A stretch of 64,000 nt of DNA from the human T2T-CHM13v2.0 reference genome, Homo sapiens (GCF_009914755.1 NC_060926.1); one strand, 5' to 3'. Shown: positions 26,230-40,896, numbered from the stretch's first letter. Numbers and translations: made by a program. Notes: generated from the letters alone by a model not told the origin.

Positions 26230-28270
26230 AGGTACCCACTGTTCATCTGATGGACATTTACTGAGCAATTGTTCAGCACCAAGCTTGATACTGAAAACAG
26301 TGGTGACTGAGACTGTGACCACCTGTGAATATTTCATCAAGTGCAAAAGAGAGAAACAAGCAGATACCAGGGTGGCTTTCAGCACACAGCAGGGTAACCA
26401 CAATGTTAGAGGGATGTATGTCCTCTGTGTACACTGCAGAGGACATAATGAACTGCACTGGAGAAGGGTGGGTGTGAGGGAAGGATGCACAGAGGAGGAA
26501 GTATATGAGCTGGACCTGGAAGCCAGAGTGAGATTTCACCAGGTGCTGAGTCGGGCTGGTGGTAGGGAAGAACATAGGGGCTGGGAAAAAAATTTATGCC
26601 CAGGGATTGGCATTCACAAAGTAATGTTGGCCTGAAATGTTGATATTTACTTGTGCAAATCCATGAAGAGCAACCACTTTGGACTTGGACTGACCAATCA
26701 CCAGGTTCCCAGAAACCAGTCTTCCAGTTCTGCAGAAACTATAAAACAGGAGCAGACAAAAGAAGAAATGGATGACAACTACTAGGTATCTACCAGGTCA
26801 AGAACTCTCTTGTCTCATCACTGCCGGTACTCCAGGCTCTGAACCCCCTTCAGGGCAGTGGAGACTAGAGAAGTGGAAATAACCAAATACATCAAAAGCA
26901 GAGATATTTTCATACTGAAGCAGACTGTAGACTGTTTATATTACAGGGGATTGAGGTTGCTACATAACTTCTGGCAAATCTGTAAGAGGAAAATAGAACT
27001 CTTATGGACTCACGAGATGGGGATAAGTAAAAAATAATAACATTTGCCCTCTTGCAAACCACAGAGCATACAGCTGAGTGTGGAGGGGCTGGCAGGAAAT
27101 GTTGGAAATATAAGCAAAAGACAGATGAAGGTTGTGCATGGTATGCTAGGGAGCACAGACTTAACTCTGCATGCCTGAGAGCTTTTCAAGAATTTTAAGC
27201 AGGAAATTGGCATTACCACATTTGTGTTTCAGAAAGATTACCTTGGCTTCAGTGCAGTTGGACGGATATAAGGGCAAAAGCTGCAATCACTGAAATGAGG
27301 CTTCCAAGTGTTGTTTCTATAATCCAGGCAAGAGATTTCTGATAGCTAAAATAAATCACAGGGACATTTGAAGGTAAAATTTGGTGCCTGACTGGATGTT
27401 TGAGGTGAGCTTGAAGAGGTTATGGGTGACTGATGCTTTGGGCTGGGCGGCTGGATGCAGGCTGGTATCTGTTATTCACTGACCTATGGAATGCAGGAGG
27501 AGAAGCAGGTCTACGTAGGGCAACGTGGAGATGGATGAGTCTAGGCCAGACAGGTTGATTTGAGATGCCCCTGGGGTATCCAGGTTGAAAGTCCAGATGT
27601 TCAATACAGAGGTGGTCATGTGGCTGGTGCTCAGATGGGAAATGGGGGCTGGAGAAAGAGATGTGGGAGACATCAGGTGATAGGAGTAGCAAGAATGCCA
27701 GGTGAGGAGGAAGTCACACAGAACATCCCTGCGAGACCAACAGCAGGGAAGAACCTAAAATGGGTGGTGACAGGCAGTCAAGGAAGGAGCCAGGTTTGAA
27801 ACTACTAGTGTGGTAAAAAGTACCAAGGACAGCAGCAAGGGCAAGAAGGTGAAAGAAAAGTCTTCGGGCATTTCTGAAGTTACTGCTGACCTTGGCATGA
27901 GCAATTATAGTCAGGCTGGGAGGACTTGAAAACTGCATTAAAGTTAATTAAAGACAGGAAAGGGGGGTGACAGTGAGGGAAGAGAAGAGATGGAGCTGTG
28001 CCTCATGCAGGTGCTGAGTTGCAGGAGAGACTGGGGAACATGGCTTTTTTTTTTTTAAGATAGAAGAGATTTGTGTATGTTATCAGCTGTGTATAATATT
28101 TGTGTATTTAATCAGATGTAAATTTGTATATTTAACTTGGGTCAAGTGCAGAAGCACATTCCAGAGCACAGAGAGGGATTCTTCACACGAGGGAGGAGAA
28201 AGAGAAGGATGGCCGTGTGCGCTTGCAGATGAGTTTAACAGGGTAGGAGGCAAAAGGCTGAGGGATGCCT
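26230..28270 (-). mobile_element. Discontinuous L2 fragments
   Basis: ACATTTACTGAGC; GAATTTTAAGCAGGAAATTGGCAT; TTGAGATGCC...CAGGTTGAAAGTCCAG. Confidence 0.55.
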
Positions 28271-29464
28271 GGCCTGATTTCCTCTACTTTCTAAATTAGT
28301 CAAAAGTTCAAATAAATGTCTTTCATTTCCCATGAATTTGTATCCTAATCTTAGAAAGCATGTATCACAAAATATCACAAATGCCTTTGTACTCTAGTTT
28401 TTACCTGATTGTGCCTGAGGAGTCCTTGTCAAGAAGGGCAGATTGGTGAGAGTAAGTAAAACGAATATAGCTAGTATTTGGTGAAAGCAGAACTCCATAT
28501 TCTAATATCAACCCAAACCAAACACACAACTCTAAGACACTGGAGTAGTTACAAGAACTATACTTAAATTTTAAGAACTATTGATCCCTACCCAAAATAA
28601 ATCCGATCAAACCAATGCAGCACCCAATCTGACTGAACCTCCACCAATAGCTTCCAAAACTTCTTCCTTAGCAAGAAATCAGTAATAATCATAATGATAA
28701 AAATTAGTACAAGGATGATCAGAACAAAGTCCAGGAGAACCTCTACTAGGCAGAAACTATGTATTTTCCATTTTCTTATTCCAGAGACAACCCCAAAATG
28801 AATGTATTTTAGAATGTTTGTTCACTAAAATCATGAATTATTTATAAAAATTATTTTTTTCAGTAACTGCCAAGACATGTTAACGCCTATGTGGGTGAAG
28901 AGTGGCCACAGAGATTCCAGAAACATTAAAAGGCAGATAAAGCAAATTGGAATCAGGGGAGAGTTAACAGAAACTGTGGAACTTAGGGCATCGGGACAGG
29001 TTGAGTGGGATTATACGACTCAGCTAAGCTCTGATGAATAAGAAGTGACTTTGTTCCTTATTAACTTGGTTCTATGTCTGGCTCCCCATTCTTTGGGAGC
29101 TCTGGGGCTCTGAGTGTGCCTCAGGTATCAGAGGTGATCCCTTAGGGGAGTGATTTAGCCACCTTTGCCTGAAAGTCTCCCCAAAGGATAATTCCTACCT
29201 CACAACATTCTTTGTGGCAATTCAGGTTGACTTCATCTTTAATCGTAAGAATGCTGGAAGGCATGCAGATGGGTGTTCAATGAAGACAAATTAAGCTTAT
29301 TATTAATTTGAGGAGTAGTTTAATTATATTTTATGCTCAGGCAAAATAAAGATTAATTTTCATTATCTTTTGTTTTGCTTATCTGTGGTGCTGAGCAAGA
29401 CTTATTTGCAATGCATATTTTTTTACTTAGAATAAAAATTTCTCCTCTCAATCCTTATTTACTT

Positions 29465-29642
29465 GTTTTTTCTTTTCATTTGACACATAAAAATTGTGTA
29501 TGTTTATTGTATACAACATCACGTTTTGAAATATATATACATTGTGGAATGGAAATATAGAGGTAATTAACTATGCATCATCATCTCACATACGTAATCA
29601 TTTTATGTGGTCAAAACACTTAAAATCTACTCTCTTAGTGCA
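29465..29642 (-). mobile_element. L1MA 3' end
   Basis: TTGACACATAAAAATTGTGTATGTTTATTGTATACAACA...ACACTTAAAATCTACTCTCTTAG. Confidence 0.8.
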
Positions 29643-30619
29643 ATTATTCTTAAACTTAAAATTGATAAAGCAGTAGACGCCTTTTCAGGTGTTCTCCCAG
29701 GCTGTGGGTCAAAGACATTCTATTTTCCTTAGAACTATCTACCCCGTTTATACAAATGGGCTCCCTACAGTCAAGTCACATAGAAGATCCCATTCTCGTG
29801 GCCAAGGTTAACTAGGCTGAGGATGGACACCTAACACAACCTAGAGAGATCCCAGTCACTTTTTAAGCATTTGGAATTGTGGCTAGAGATTTCAATCACA
29901 GCACAGCCTGATGTTTGGAACTTAAAAGCTATAGAATCCCAAAGCTGCAGGGCAGGTGTCTCCGGCCACCTTCACTGAGTCGTAGGAAAGTCAGCAGAAG
30001 TGCAGAGGAGAAGCAGGCATGGAAGGAAGGGAGAACACTCCTTCACTTTCACTTACTCAATTTCCTAGTTCCACAGGATCATGTCTCCTTTTAATTCAGC
30101 AAGCTTTTACCCACCACACCCCCCCAAAATATAGATAAGGTTCCTTTAGCCCCACTCAGCCACCCAATGTGGTCTCACAATGTCTGACACACATCCTTTC
30201 CTTAGATTCAGTGGAAATTCCCTTAATCTCATTCCCTCACAATAGGTGCAATATTAACCAAAATGAACTTTATTCTGAGAAGGAAAGGTAGCCTTAAAAG
30301 TTTTGTCAGAATATATTTTTACAATGAAATTACTTCAAACTTTTGACAAAATTCAATTTGGGCATAAAACTCTTTTGGTTTTCAATCTTTTTTTGCTCTC
30401 GTTGGTGGTGCAAAGACACTTGCAGGTTTTTTATCATAGGTCATAGGACCCTCATTTACCTGCACAGTGTTCACCTGTAGTGTGAGACAGACAATCAATG
30501 GATTCAGTTGCCAAAATCAAGTCTGTCAACCTGTTGTCACTGTTTAGTGTATCAGCCAAATGTGCATATTTCCTTAGTTTGGAGAATTAGTGTTCTGGAG
30601 ATGTTGTTCAGTTTAGGAA

Positions 30620-30988
30620 TTTTTTTTAGTTCCTTCCAGCTGCTATAACAAGATGTCATAGAGTGAGTGGCTTATAAACAACAAAAATATTTCTCACAGT
30701 CCTAGAGACTGGGAAGTCCAAGATCAAGGAGCTGGCAGATTCACTGACTGGTATGGGTCAACTTCCTTGTTCATAGATGGCCATGTTTTGGCTGTGCCTT
30801 CACATGGTAGAAGGTGTGAGGAAGCTATTTGCAGTCTCTGTTCTATAAGGATGTTAATCTCATTCACAAAGGCCACTTCCTCATGACCTAGTCATCTCCA
30901 AAAAGGCCCTATCTTCAAATATCTCCACGCTGAGGATTAGATTTCAACATAAGAATTTTGAGTAGACATAAACATTCAGTTTATAGAA
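30620..30988 (-). mobile_element. MaLR LTR (MSTD/MLT1A-like)
   Basis: GCTGCTATAACAA...GGCTTATAAACAAC...GGGAAGTCCAAGATCAAGG...ACATTCAGTTTATAG. Confidence 0.85.
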
Positions 30989-31959
30989 AGACTCTTGATG
31001 TACTACAAATGCATACTATGTGGTTTACAAAATCCAAGGAAATAGTAACATTCCATGAGACCATTGTGAACCCTTCCAGAGATGGCAATTCTGTTATTTC
31101 AACAAACAGCTAATTTTCTTAAGTGAGACACCACCCTGCCTTCCAATAACATCTTCTAATTAATAATTTTAGAAACAGTAAACAATGAAACCCATATGTT
31201 TTTAAGAATTTAAGGTTGAATATTCTATGAAAAGTATTTCTGCAGTAAAATCCAAAAATAGTAACTCCCATTGCATTGATTTAATGACCATTTGTGTAAT
31301 TATGAATTTGATATATTTTCTTCCTAAGACTGCAAGCCCCATTAGAACAGAAACTGTCTGGATTGATAGATCTCATATCTCTCTTTCACAGTGCTGCCAC
31401 ATAGTTGTCATTCAATAAATATGTGTTGAATGGTGAATGCACTAAGGAAATCAGTTTCTTACCCTTTGGCAGTGCCCGTAAGTTACTCAAAGCAACAGGA
31501 TTTCTGGTCTATATATCAGAAGCCCATAAGGAATCAAGAAGATAAAATAAAGCATTTGAATGTGGAATGATCATGTTGGACAGCAGTGCAAAGCCCTAGA
31601 AGTAAGGTCAATACCTCAGAAGCAAAAAGGCAGATTGTAAATCCTCCAGTAGAGAAGGCTATTTTTACTGAAATCTAGTCTCCCAGATTCTACTAAACAC
31701 TACCTCCATTATCTTATTTAATTATCCAGCAACTTAACAGGTCATAGAAAAAAAATGTTTAAAGGACTTATTAACACATATCTTGCCCAAGTTACTTGGT
31801 TTGTAAATGTTACCATATGTATTTAAAGCCAGGATTGTCAGCTTCTAATGTTCTCACCTTTCTATGGCACCAGAGAAGAGTAATGGTTGTGAAACAAAGT
31901 AATCAAGAGAGGCTTCTCAGCAACAGATGATTTGAGCAGGTTCAACACAATTAGGTATC

Positions 31960-32220
31960 TAATAATCACTAACATTGATTTACTGCTCATTGGGTACTAA
32001 GCTGTGCTCGAAGGCTTCATATTTTTTCACTAATTTAATTCTCATAATAGTCTGGTGAAGCTCCATGAAATAAATGCTATTATCATCTTTATTTTATATA
32101 CAAGAAAATTGAGGCATAAGCAGGATTGGTACCTTATTTTAAGATTACATAGCTAGAAAATTATGGATCTAAGATTTAAGCACAGTTTTTACCAAAGCAT
32201 ATGCTGTCAACCATGACATA
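31960..32220 (-). mobile_element. MIR
   Basis: TTTAATTCTCATAA...AAGAAAATTGAGGCATA...AAGATTACATAGCTAG. Confidence 0.65.
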
Positions 32221-35200
32221 ACATTCCCTTTAGTAAGAACCTACTAACAGCTAGTTTACATAGATTCATCTGTTATACCAGGAGAGCTTGTTAATTTATA
32301 TTTTAGTCAGCTCCAACCATTCAAACCCAAGTGTGAACGTAAGAGGATATTCCCTGAACAAATAAAAAAGTCATAAGAGTTGGATTAGAGGATGCCAAGT
32401 AGCTCAGTCTTCCCCATGTCTTTGCCTGCTCCATCTGCCCAGAAGCTCCAGCCAAGAAATAGCTCTTGGCCATGGCATTCATCTGCTCTGATAAATAAAT
32501 TTTCTTCTAAATGTAATGACACTTATCTAGTCAGAGACTTTCAAGAAAATGGCCTATTCCTCAGCAATGGGGACACTAATATCCTTTGGTTTCTTTCTAG
32601 AGTTTAGATTTTTCAGTAAAATAAATCACAGCTGTTCCATAGGAGAAGAAACCATAGATGCCTCAAGTTCTCTTAGAAACATAGAACCTAAGCTAGTTAA
32701 TAAAAAGAGACTGTCAAGGGCAGAGAATACAGAGAGCTCATCTCAACCTTAGCAGTTTACACAGGCTGGAAGGATACGGCTGGGGAAAGGGAGAAGCCCC
32801 CTTTTCTCCTGTATATGACCACATTACTGTTACTCTGGTCCACTGATTTTATAGAACATTAACCACCATCACTGGGACTCCAGAGCAAAGGAGAGGTACA
32901 ATAACCAAGAGGTGGAAAAGCATAGGGGAGGAAAGTGAACTGTGTTTAAAATCAGGAGAATAGGATCCGGGAACAGAGCTGCAACAGCCAGACAGGTGAC
33001 CTTGATTCCCACTCTACCTCCCCAATCCTTGCACAGCTTTTACCAGATCTTATTTACCAGACTTTCAACACAGGAGCAGGTAGTGGTGTGTTCTTGCACT
33101 GGGAAAAATATAATTGTTGCATCTTGTTCAATGATGTTAGCAGCCATTGATGAGCAATACCTAGTCCCATTAATTATGGCACTAGACCTTCATGCATTCA
33201 CTAGGGAAAGTAAAAAGAGAAACCTCCCTTTATCTGCTATTTGGTTACTCAGTGGCACAGCATAGGCAGGAAAGATAGACAGATGTTTTACCCTTTCCAT
33301 TCCTCTACTCAAGGTGCTGATGCCACCAAAATTCTTTATAAGGAGAAGAATTTGATGACTCCTCCTTGTGTCTGCCTTCTTGTTTCTTTCCTCTACCATT
33401 TCACTTTTCTGCCTAGGCTGCAAAGTCATTTTCAGTCTTCATTAGGCCACTCAAAACATATTGGTTAAATCATTTCTCAAATTCCTCCCCTTTCCTATCG
33501 AATCCCTGTATTGTTATTATCATATGCCTAGATCACAGTCTCATTTACAGTGTTGGTGTTAGAAATAAAGACCACACAGCATTTTCCTATTCTTTTAATT
33601 TTGAGACATTATAGCATCATAAATACTGCTAAAAGTGAGAGAATATGGAAGAACATACTCTCTTGATGCTCAAAATAAACTGAGGATTATGCAGGCTCTT
33701 TTTCTACCTCATGTTGTAAACAATGGACAGGAAGACAGTGGATTCAATCTGGTCTCTCTATTTTGTTTGTCCAATGAAAAAACTTACGAAAACTACCAAC
33801 AAAAAAACTTCAAGGTCTTTGCCTCTAAAATAAGCATAATTTACTATATTTAATAGAATAGAATATATAAACAATGGGACTACCACCTGCACTCTGACAG
33901 ATCATTTGTCCTGATGTTGGGATTAGCATTGCTGCCCTGCCCTAAAGCCTCCTCTGCCACTGCCATGAAGCCACCCTTAGTTTGTCGTCCATTGTCCATC
34001 ATAGAGCTGAAAATGTGTCAGAGTGAATTTGAGGGAAATGTTTTACATAAGTCCAGTGCATAGTTCCAGCTCTACTTAATTCTGTGATTCAAAATTCCCA
34101 TTGCCATTTAAACTCCTGGTATCATCATCTGTAAAATAAGATAATAATACATGCTTTCAACGATATTATGAGGATTAAATGAGATAACATAGGTACAATG
34201 CCATATATACTTATCAAATACATATATATTTACCAAGAAATGCCATTAAATAGCAGGTATAAATACTTTTGGATTCCTAGCTTGTGGAAAAAAAGTACAC
34301 ATTTCAGAAAGCAGTTAAAATGTTCACTTTCTTTATGTCTTTCAAATTCAGTGCGTATAATAATCACTCCCTTTGGTAAAACAGATTCTAAAATATCCCT
34401 TAAAGGAAACATTCACTGTACTGCAAGCATCTCCTACAGATGGTAAACTTCCTGAAGAGAGGCACTTTCTCTGAGTACTGAGCTGATGGTGCCCGACACA
34501 TACTCAATAATTAGCTTTGAAATGAATGGATCTAGACTTAAATGAAAATACCATCAATGCATCACTAAGTTACAGAATGTGATTTGTATAAAGTTGCTTC
34601 CCTTAGAAATTTATAACATTCTAGAAGACAATGTGAGAACATGCTCTGTTTTGCATGGATAACACATCTTTGGTGTTTAACCAATGTCAGTTGGTCCTCT
34701 GAGAGTGTTTTACAAATTTTATCTCCTCCTTCCACCTCTTGTGCCCAGCATTCAAGAATTCAGCACTCTTCTAGCCTTCTTCAATAATTCAGTGTTTCAT
34801 CTGCAATACATCTAAGTAGAAGATCAGAAAAATCTAGCTAATCAGGTATCTTAACTCCCTAACTAGTATGATTACATTTGAAGCCAATTCATCTTGGTTT
34901 GGAGCCAAATGGGTCTTTGCCGTGCCTCTTATCCAGTGCATTTATTAATAGCATCCCTTTCACTCTCAAAAATGCCCCAGTTTGGTCATCCTAATGATAA
35001 GCTACTGCAGAGGCATGCCCTCTGTCTCACTGGTCTTCCTAAGCACAAAATTTACTCTCAACAGATGTTTGTTGGTTGAAACAAGGACAGTGCTTTGCTA
35101 ATCAGTCTAATAAGAGGCAGGTGTTCTTGTCTGTATACGTTTTTCCTCAGCTCTTCTCTGAATTAAGTATCTTCTCCAAAAGCCTTCATTTTGACTTATC

Positions 35201-35629
35201 CTTAATAATGCCTCTCTTGTCCTTAAATAATTAATGGGTTTAAAAATATCTGTCCGTGAAAACAGAGTGATACATGGAGTGGAGAAAAAACAGTGAATAT
35301 CTTGGCAGAACAAATAAAAGCTGCATTACTAACTACATAAATCTCACCAATAGAGTTCATCTGCCTTTCACAGCAAGAGTTTTAATTTCCTTTGTCACCA
35401 GGACTCATAAATACATGCTGCATGACTGGCCCAACTGCTTTATCCAAGACTGACACTAAATTTCTTATGTGTACTAGTGCAATGGTCAACTTGTGCTGGG
35501 AGAGACCAGGTAGGTGACTGGGTGACAGTGACAGAGAAAGAAGAGCATAGAAAGATAGAGCACCATCTGGGTAGGAAAGCTTCCTACATTAATTGGCTTT
35601 GTTACAGCCACACAGAGGAAAGTATATTT

Positions 35630-35684
35630 CACACGCATACATGTACATGCACGTGCGCACGCACGCACACACACACACACACAC
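35630..35684. repeat. Alternating purine-pyrimidine tract ending in (CA)n
   Basis: 55 bp of unbroken RY alternation. Confidence 0.95.
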
Positions 35685-35914
35685 CCTAATGTCCACTGGC
35701 CTGTTTTTATCACTACTAAGGGGTTTAGAGAGATACCTTTCTCTGGCATATCTGTTCCTCAAAACAGTGTCAAGGAGCGAGTCAATCAAGGCAAGAAATA
35801 ATTGCAAGTAATTTCATTTTCACCACAAATGTCAACCATGTTGGCTAAAAATCTTATATTCAAAGTATATCATTTTTATCAACATAGCAAAATGTCTTAT
35901 CATATTGTCAAACA

Positions 35915-36160
35915 TGAGTGGCTCCAAATTGTGAGTAATTTCCGCCCCACCCCACTGCCACCCCGCCTGCCAGGGAATATTTAACAATGTCTGGAGACAC
36001 CTTTGAATACCATGATTACGGGGTGAGGAGGAGGGTTGCTACGGACACCTAGCAGTCAAAGACCAGAAATGATGCCAAGCATCTTGTAGTGCAAAAGATA
36101 GGCCCCTACGACAAAGAATGAACTGACTTAAATGTCAATAGCATTACTGCTGAGAAATAT
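35915..36160. mobile_element. MER20
   Basis: ACAATGTCTGGAGACA...GACAAAGAAT...AAATGTCAATAG...TGAGAAA. Confidence 0.75.
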
Positions 36161-36569
36161 CGGTCTTTGTTAATTAAAAAATATGGAATTGGAGAGGGAT
36201 CAATTTACTTTTTCATTTAATAACTATTTACCAAAAAACTAAGCAGCATAATGTTTGTTCTAGATTTGAGATTAGAGATAAATATGACATGGTGCTGAAA
36301 GATCCTATTCTGGCAATTGATGGCCTAGAGATCCTGAAATCCTCCTGTAATACAATATTTGAAAATTCTCAATGTACCATTATTAATAATAGCTTTATAA
36401 AAATGAAATGATGTTATAAGAATTTTTTTTGAAGGAATTCTGTTCAAGTCGAAAAGTGAGAATATTGGGAACAGGAAAGTACGCCCATCTGAGCCACTTC
36501 TCGTCTTGAGAGTTAAGGGAAGCCTGTGCACTGGAGCTTTGGCCTGCTAAGGGAAGGGGAGAACAATTT

Positions 36570-38700
36570 TGCCTTTTAAACCCTATAAATGTTGCACATG
36601 TTCAGAAAATAAAATTTTAAAAAGAGAAGTAAAGGAAAATCTGAAAACTGAAAACAAATATAAACAATTGTATATCAAGCATAATAGTGTATCAAACTAG
36701 AAACAAAACTTGCAAATAAAATGTTTCAGGTTACTTTTGAAAACAAAACTAGGAACTTTACATTCTAGGTGAAATATAGTTTGAGGCCAAAATAACTAAA
36801 AAATCTTAAACAGCAATCAGTAATTTTATTTTTGTTAGTAGTAACATCATCATTTTTCATCTTAAAACCATTATCTGTTTTGCAGCTAGAGTTTAACCAG
36901 GAAATAAAAATACATGTTGAAGGACACAGAAAATTAGACAGTATGTTAATTTTACCAGGAATCAAATTTTCAGTATAAGAATAGAAATGAAGCATAAAAT
37001 CAAAAGTTAAGAAAGGATGTATAAGGTTAACTTGAATTGGCAATATCAGGATTTTTAAATATATCTCTCTTAGCACTTTGCACTGGCCTAGAAACCATGA
37101 AACCATGACATCCCAATAGCAGTAAGGGCACAAATGTTATTTTATCAGAGCCCAGCACTCATGCCACTGCCTGAGGAAAAAAAAAACTGACTAGATAGCA
37201 GAAGAAAATAAATCACTAGAAATATGTGTGTACTATATACCCACAAGTACAATGAAATAAATTTCAGTGGACTTAATCTTGTTAGAAGATATCAACTATT
37301 AAACCACAAAATGTAAAGAAATAGAAATGTCGAAATTAGTAAGACTAAAAAGAATTGGATATAAAAGTTGATGAGGCTATATTAATATCAGACAAAATAT
37401 ACAAGAAAGCATTAATAGAATTAAAGAGGCTTACTTCAAAATGATACAATTTTAATTCAATATGAGGATATAACAATTCTAGATTTTCATGAATAAAATA
37501 TTATAGTCTCAAAATGTATAAAGCAAAAATTGATGTGACTATAAGGATAAATTATCCAGGGAATATATAACAAATCTCTCTTACTTTGGAACAATAAGCA
37601 AAAAAATACTATTGTAGATTTCAATATTTTTTATTACCTAATGGACATATGCAAACTATTTTACATTACTGCCCACCAACATTCTTAAAAATGAACCACA
37701 AATTGTTAAACTTACATATTAATTCTAGTAGATGGTTTTTTAAGATTTTCTTCATAGGTTATCATGTCATGTCATAATAAAGAGTTTTGTTTCTTGCTTA
37801 TCAATCTAGGAAATATTTATTGTTCTCACCTTATTGTATCAACTGGAACCTAGTACAAAATTGAATAGAATTATTAAAGTGAATATCTTTCCTTTGTTCC
37901 CAGTCTTATAGGCTAACATTCAGACTTTCAACATTAAATACATATGATGTTAGTTATAGTTTTACATAGATCTTCTTTATTTCATTGAGGAAGTTCCTTT
38001 TCATTCTTACTTTATTGAGAGTTTTTATAATGAAAGGACACTGAATTTTGACAACTGCTTTTTCTGCATATATTGAGATGATTGTGTGGATTCTATGCTT
38101 TAGTCTGTGGCTAAAGGAAATTACATCAATTAATTTTTTAATGTTAAACCAACTTTGCATTCCTATAATAAACTCCTCTTAGTCATAATGTATTATCCTC
38201 TTTACATATATTTTTATTTTAAGTGCTATTTTTAAAGAATACTAGCTATATTCATGAAGGATGAAGTCTGCAGTTATTTTTCTCTGTGGTGACTTTGATA
38301 TTGGTAACAGGGTAACACTGTTCTCATAAAATGAATTAGGATATATGAACTTCTCTTTATTTTCTGGAAGAGTTTGTGTGAAATTGGTATTATATCTCCC
38401 TTAATGGATTTGCAGAATTATTAAATGTTCCTATCAAATTATTCTTGCATGAGGGTTGGAATTTGTTCTTTCCAACTAAGTTTTTGAATTAATTAACATA
38501 AAGTGGTTCATCATATTCCCTTTTTATCTTTCTAATATCTGTAGGATTTGTAAAATTGTCCCCATACTGGAAATCTCTGTCCTCTCTTTTCAGTTATTTT
38601 ATTGATTTTATAAAAGAATCAGGTTTTTTATTTTTTATTCAATGTTTTGAATTTTTCTGTTAACTGGATAAATGTATTTAAGTATGTAAATTTCCTCTGA
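36570..38700. mobile_element. Old L1 fragments: L1MC4/5-like 3' region (+), ORF2 EN region (+, ~37240-37700), ORF2 RT region (-, ~37710-38700)
   Basis: GGCTATATTAATATCAGACAAAAT; ORF 37954-38160 MQSWFNIKK...IISIYAEKAVVKIQCPF. Confidence 0.75.
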
Positions 38701-39539
38701 GAAATCTGCCACAGCATGAATTCTTTAAATGAATACTATTTGTCATGAAGCTTTAATGAAAACATTTAACAAAGCATTAGCCTGATAATTTGATTGACAA
38801 CATAAACAAATCTGTTCATTTTCTGATTCTTCCATTCAGCAGTTCCTTCCAATCATCTGCATTTCTACTGTGTGCCAGGTATAGACATTTACATTAAATA
38901 ATAATAATAATAATAATAAGGGTACCATAATAAACCATTATCCACAGGGCTCTTAAACCGGTAGTTACTGAAGATCCTATGTCTGATTGCTGCTTAACTT
39001 CTGCAGGCTTTGATTTCAATGACATAAGACTAACTTTCACATTTCCTTTTGAGACTTGGAGCCTCCCTTTGAGCAGACTATGGCCTAGGTTGAGTCCCTG
39101 CGTCTACTTCAGCTTCTTCCACTTGCATCTTGTCTATGATATTTTGTTAAATCCTTAGCTGGCTTCTAAAATTTTCTGTTCTACTCCTGTCTTTACTACA
39201 TTTTCCCTTTGTGAGAGTCTTGTGTATATAACTAGTGCGTTTAAAAAGCAAAGCAAAACAAAACACTGATTTCAAAGATATTACCACATTTAACTAAACT
39301 TTGCTCAGTGATTATCCCCAAAGCCTGCCAGAGGTTGTTTCTTTTCACCTCCTCCCATAACCAAAGTTATATAAATTCCACAGCTGAACTTAGCTCATCA
39401 AGGCCCTCATGCCCTTCATAACTCCTTCTGTGTCACAGACCAAATGGAGAATGCAGTCTTAAAGCCACGCTATATTTTGACTCAGTCTCTCAAATATCTC
39501 CCAGATTTGCACTGTAAAAATACTATTCCCATTCTCTTC

Positions 39540-40420
39540 TATTTACTTTCTCTTCTTTTAAATTTATAAAAATTATCCAGATATTTCTTTTAAAATAAAT
39601 GTTACTTGAAAACCTATTTTAATGGCAGTATAATATTCCATCATGTGATTGTACTTATTGAATAATTTTTGTATTGTTCAGGATTTTCTTCTTAATTTCC
39701 TTGTAGGCTCATTTTGGATGCCTTTGTGATTAGTACCCTGGGACATATTGCCTTAGGTGAAGATTCTAGGCAAAACAATATAGATATTTTAAGGCTCAAT
39801 CCATATCATTAAATACTTTTCTCAGAAAGTGACACCAGTTTACCATAAGAACAATAGTTGTATACATTACATTCTTCTTATTCTTTTCTAAATTGGTGAG
39901 ATTTTTGGCTCTTTTTTCTGTTAAACAAGTAAAATAGTATTCTTTCATTTAAATTTGCACATGTGGTAACTTAACAATTTTTTAGTTTTAAAATTTGTGC
40001 TAATTATCAACTTGTATTTAACCTTCTATAAATTGTTCTCTGCACTTTTTCAGTTTTAGTGCTTTTCTTATTGGTGTATACAATATTTCACACAAAAAAA
40101 TCAATTTGTGTTTTATATGTGAAAACAATATTATTAATGTATCAAGGTTTTAAATGTTAATCTAGTCAAATTTATCAGCCTTTGGCTTCATGATTTTTCT
40201 TATCGTTTACATCCTTATAAAGTTTATTTTCTTTGCAAGAGCAACTAACTAAACATGTATATATTTTGTAGCTTATAATTTCACTTTTCTCAACCAGTTT
40301 AAACATCTAAAATTTATTTTTAATGCCTTATAAAGTTTGATTCTTTTGAAGAATTTTCTCCTAAATACAAATTTTTGACTTAACTTGCTTAATAATTTTT
40401 TACAGCCCTAGGTTTGTGAT
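39540..40420 (-). mobile_element. Highly diverged L1ME-type 3' region
   Basis: TTTTAATGGCAGTATAATATTCCATC; CAGAAAGTGACACCAGTTTAC; TCAAATTTATCAG. Confidence 0.55.
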
Positions 40421-40750
40421 TTTATAAATAATGTGTCAAAATAGGTCACATAGAAAAAGTTTAGTATATATTTAGTCACATTTACATATATATACAGAAG
40501 AATGAATAAACGAATAATTTTACAGATTCATATTGATAGGTTTGCTATTATTTTCCAGAGTTTAATATTTTATAAAATGGAGGAATACTTGCTTCTCAAG
40601 CCCTTTTCTCTGAATTCAGATTTGGAAACTACAAGAGAAATTTATAGTAAGTGTCTTCTGTTCTCTAATTCCCAAAAATACTTCCAAATATGAGAATTTA
40701 AATGAATAGTGCTTGAATTCTCTGTTCTTCATTTCCTCTTAAGAATCTTA

Positions 40751-40781
40751 AAAATCTGTAAAATTGTATTTTACAGATTTT
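40751..40781. repeat. Perfect 14-bp inverted repeat, 3-nt loop
   Basis: AAAATCTGTAAAAT-TGT-ATTTTACAGATTTT. Confidence 0.97.
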
Positions 40782-40896
40782 AAATACATAATGCTAAAAA
40801 TGGAATCATTATAGCCATGATGGGTTTATAAATTTAGCTTCTTTATGATTCCACTCATGTAGATAAATAGTTGGAGATCTTTTCCCCTAGTAATGA

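Noticed and set aside
26192-26635. 147-aa Cys/His-containing ORF
   Set aside because: GTG start, overlaps L2 remnants, no recognisable domain or zinc-finger spacing.
28610-28650. Three CCAAT boxes within 40 bp
   Set aside because: No CpG island, GC box or positioned TATA; spacing irregular.
37240-38700. Strand switch between L1 pieces near 37700
   Set aside because: Too diverged to tell an inversion from two independent fragments; no TSD visible.
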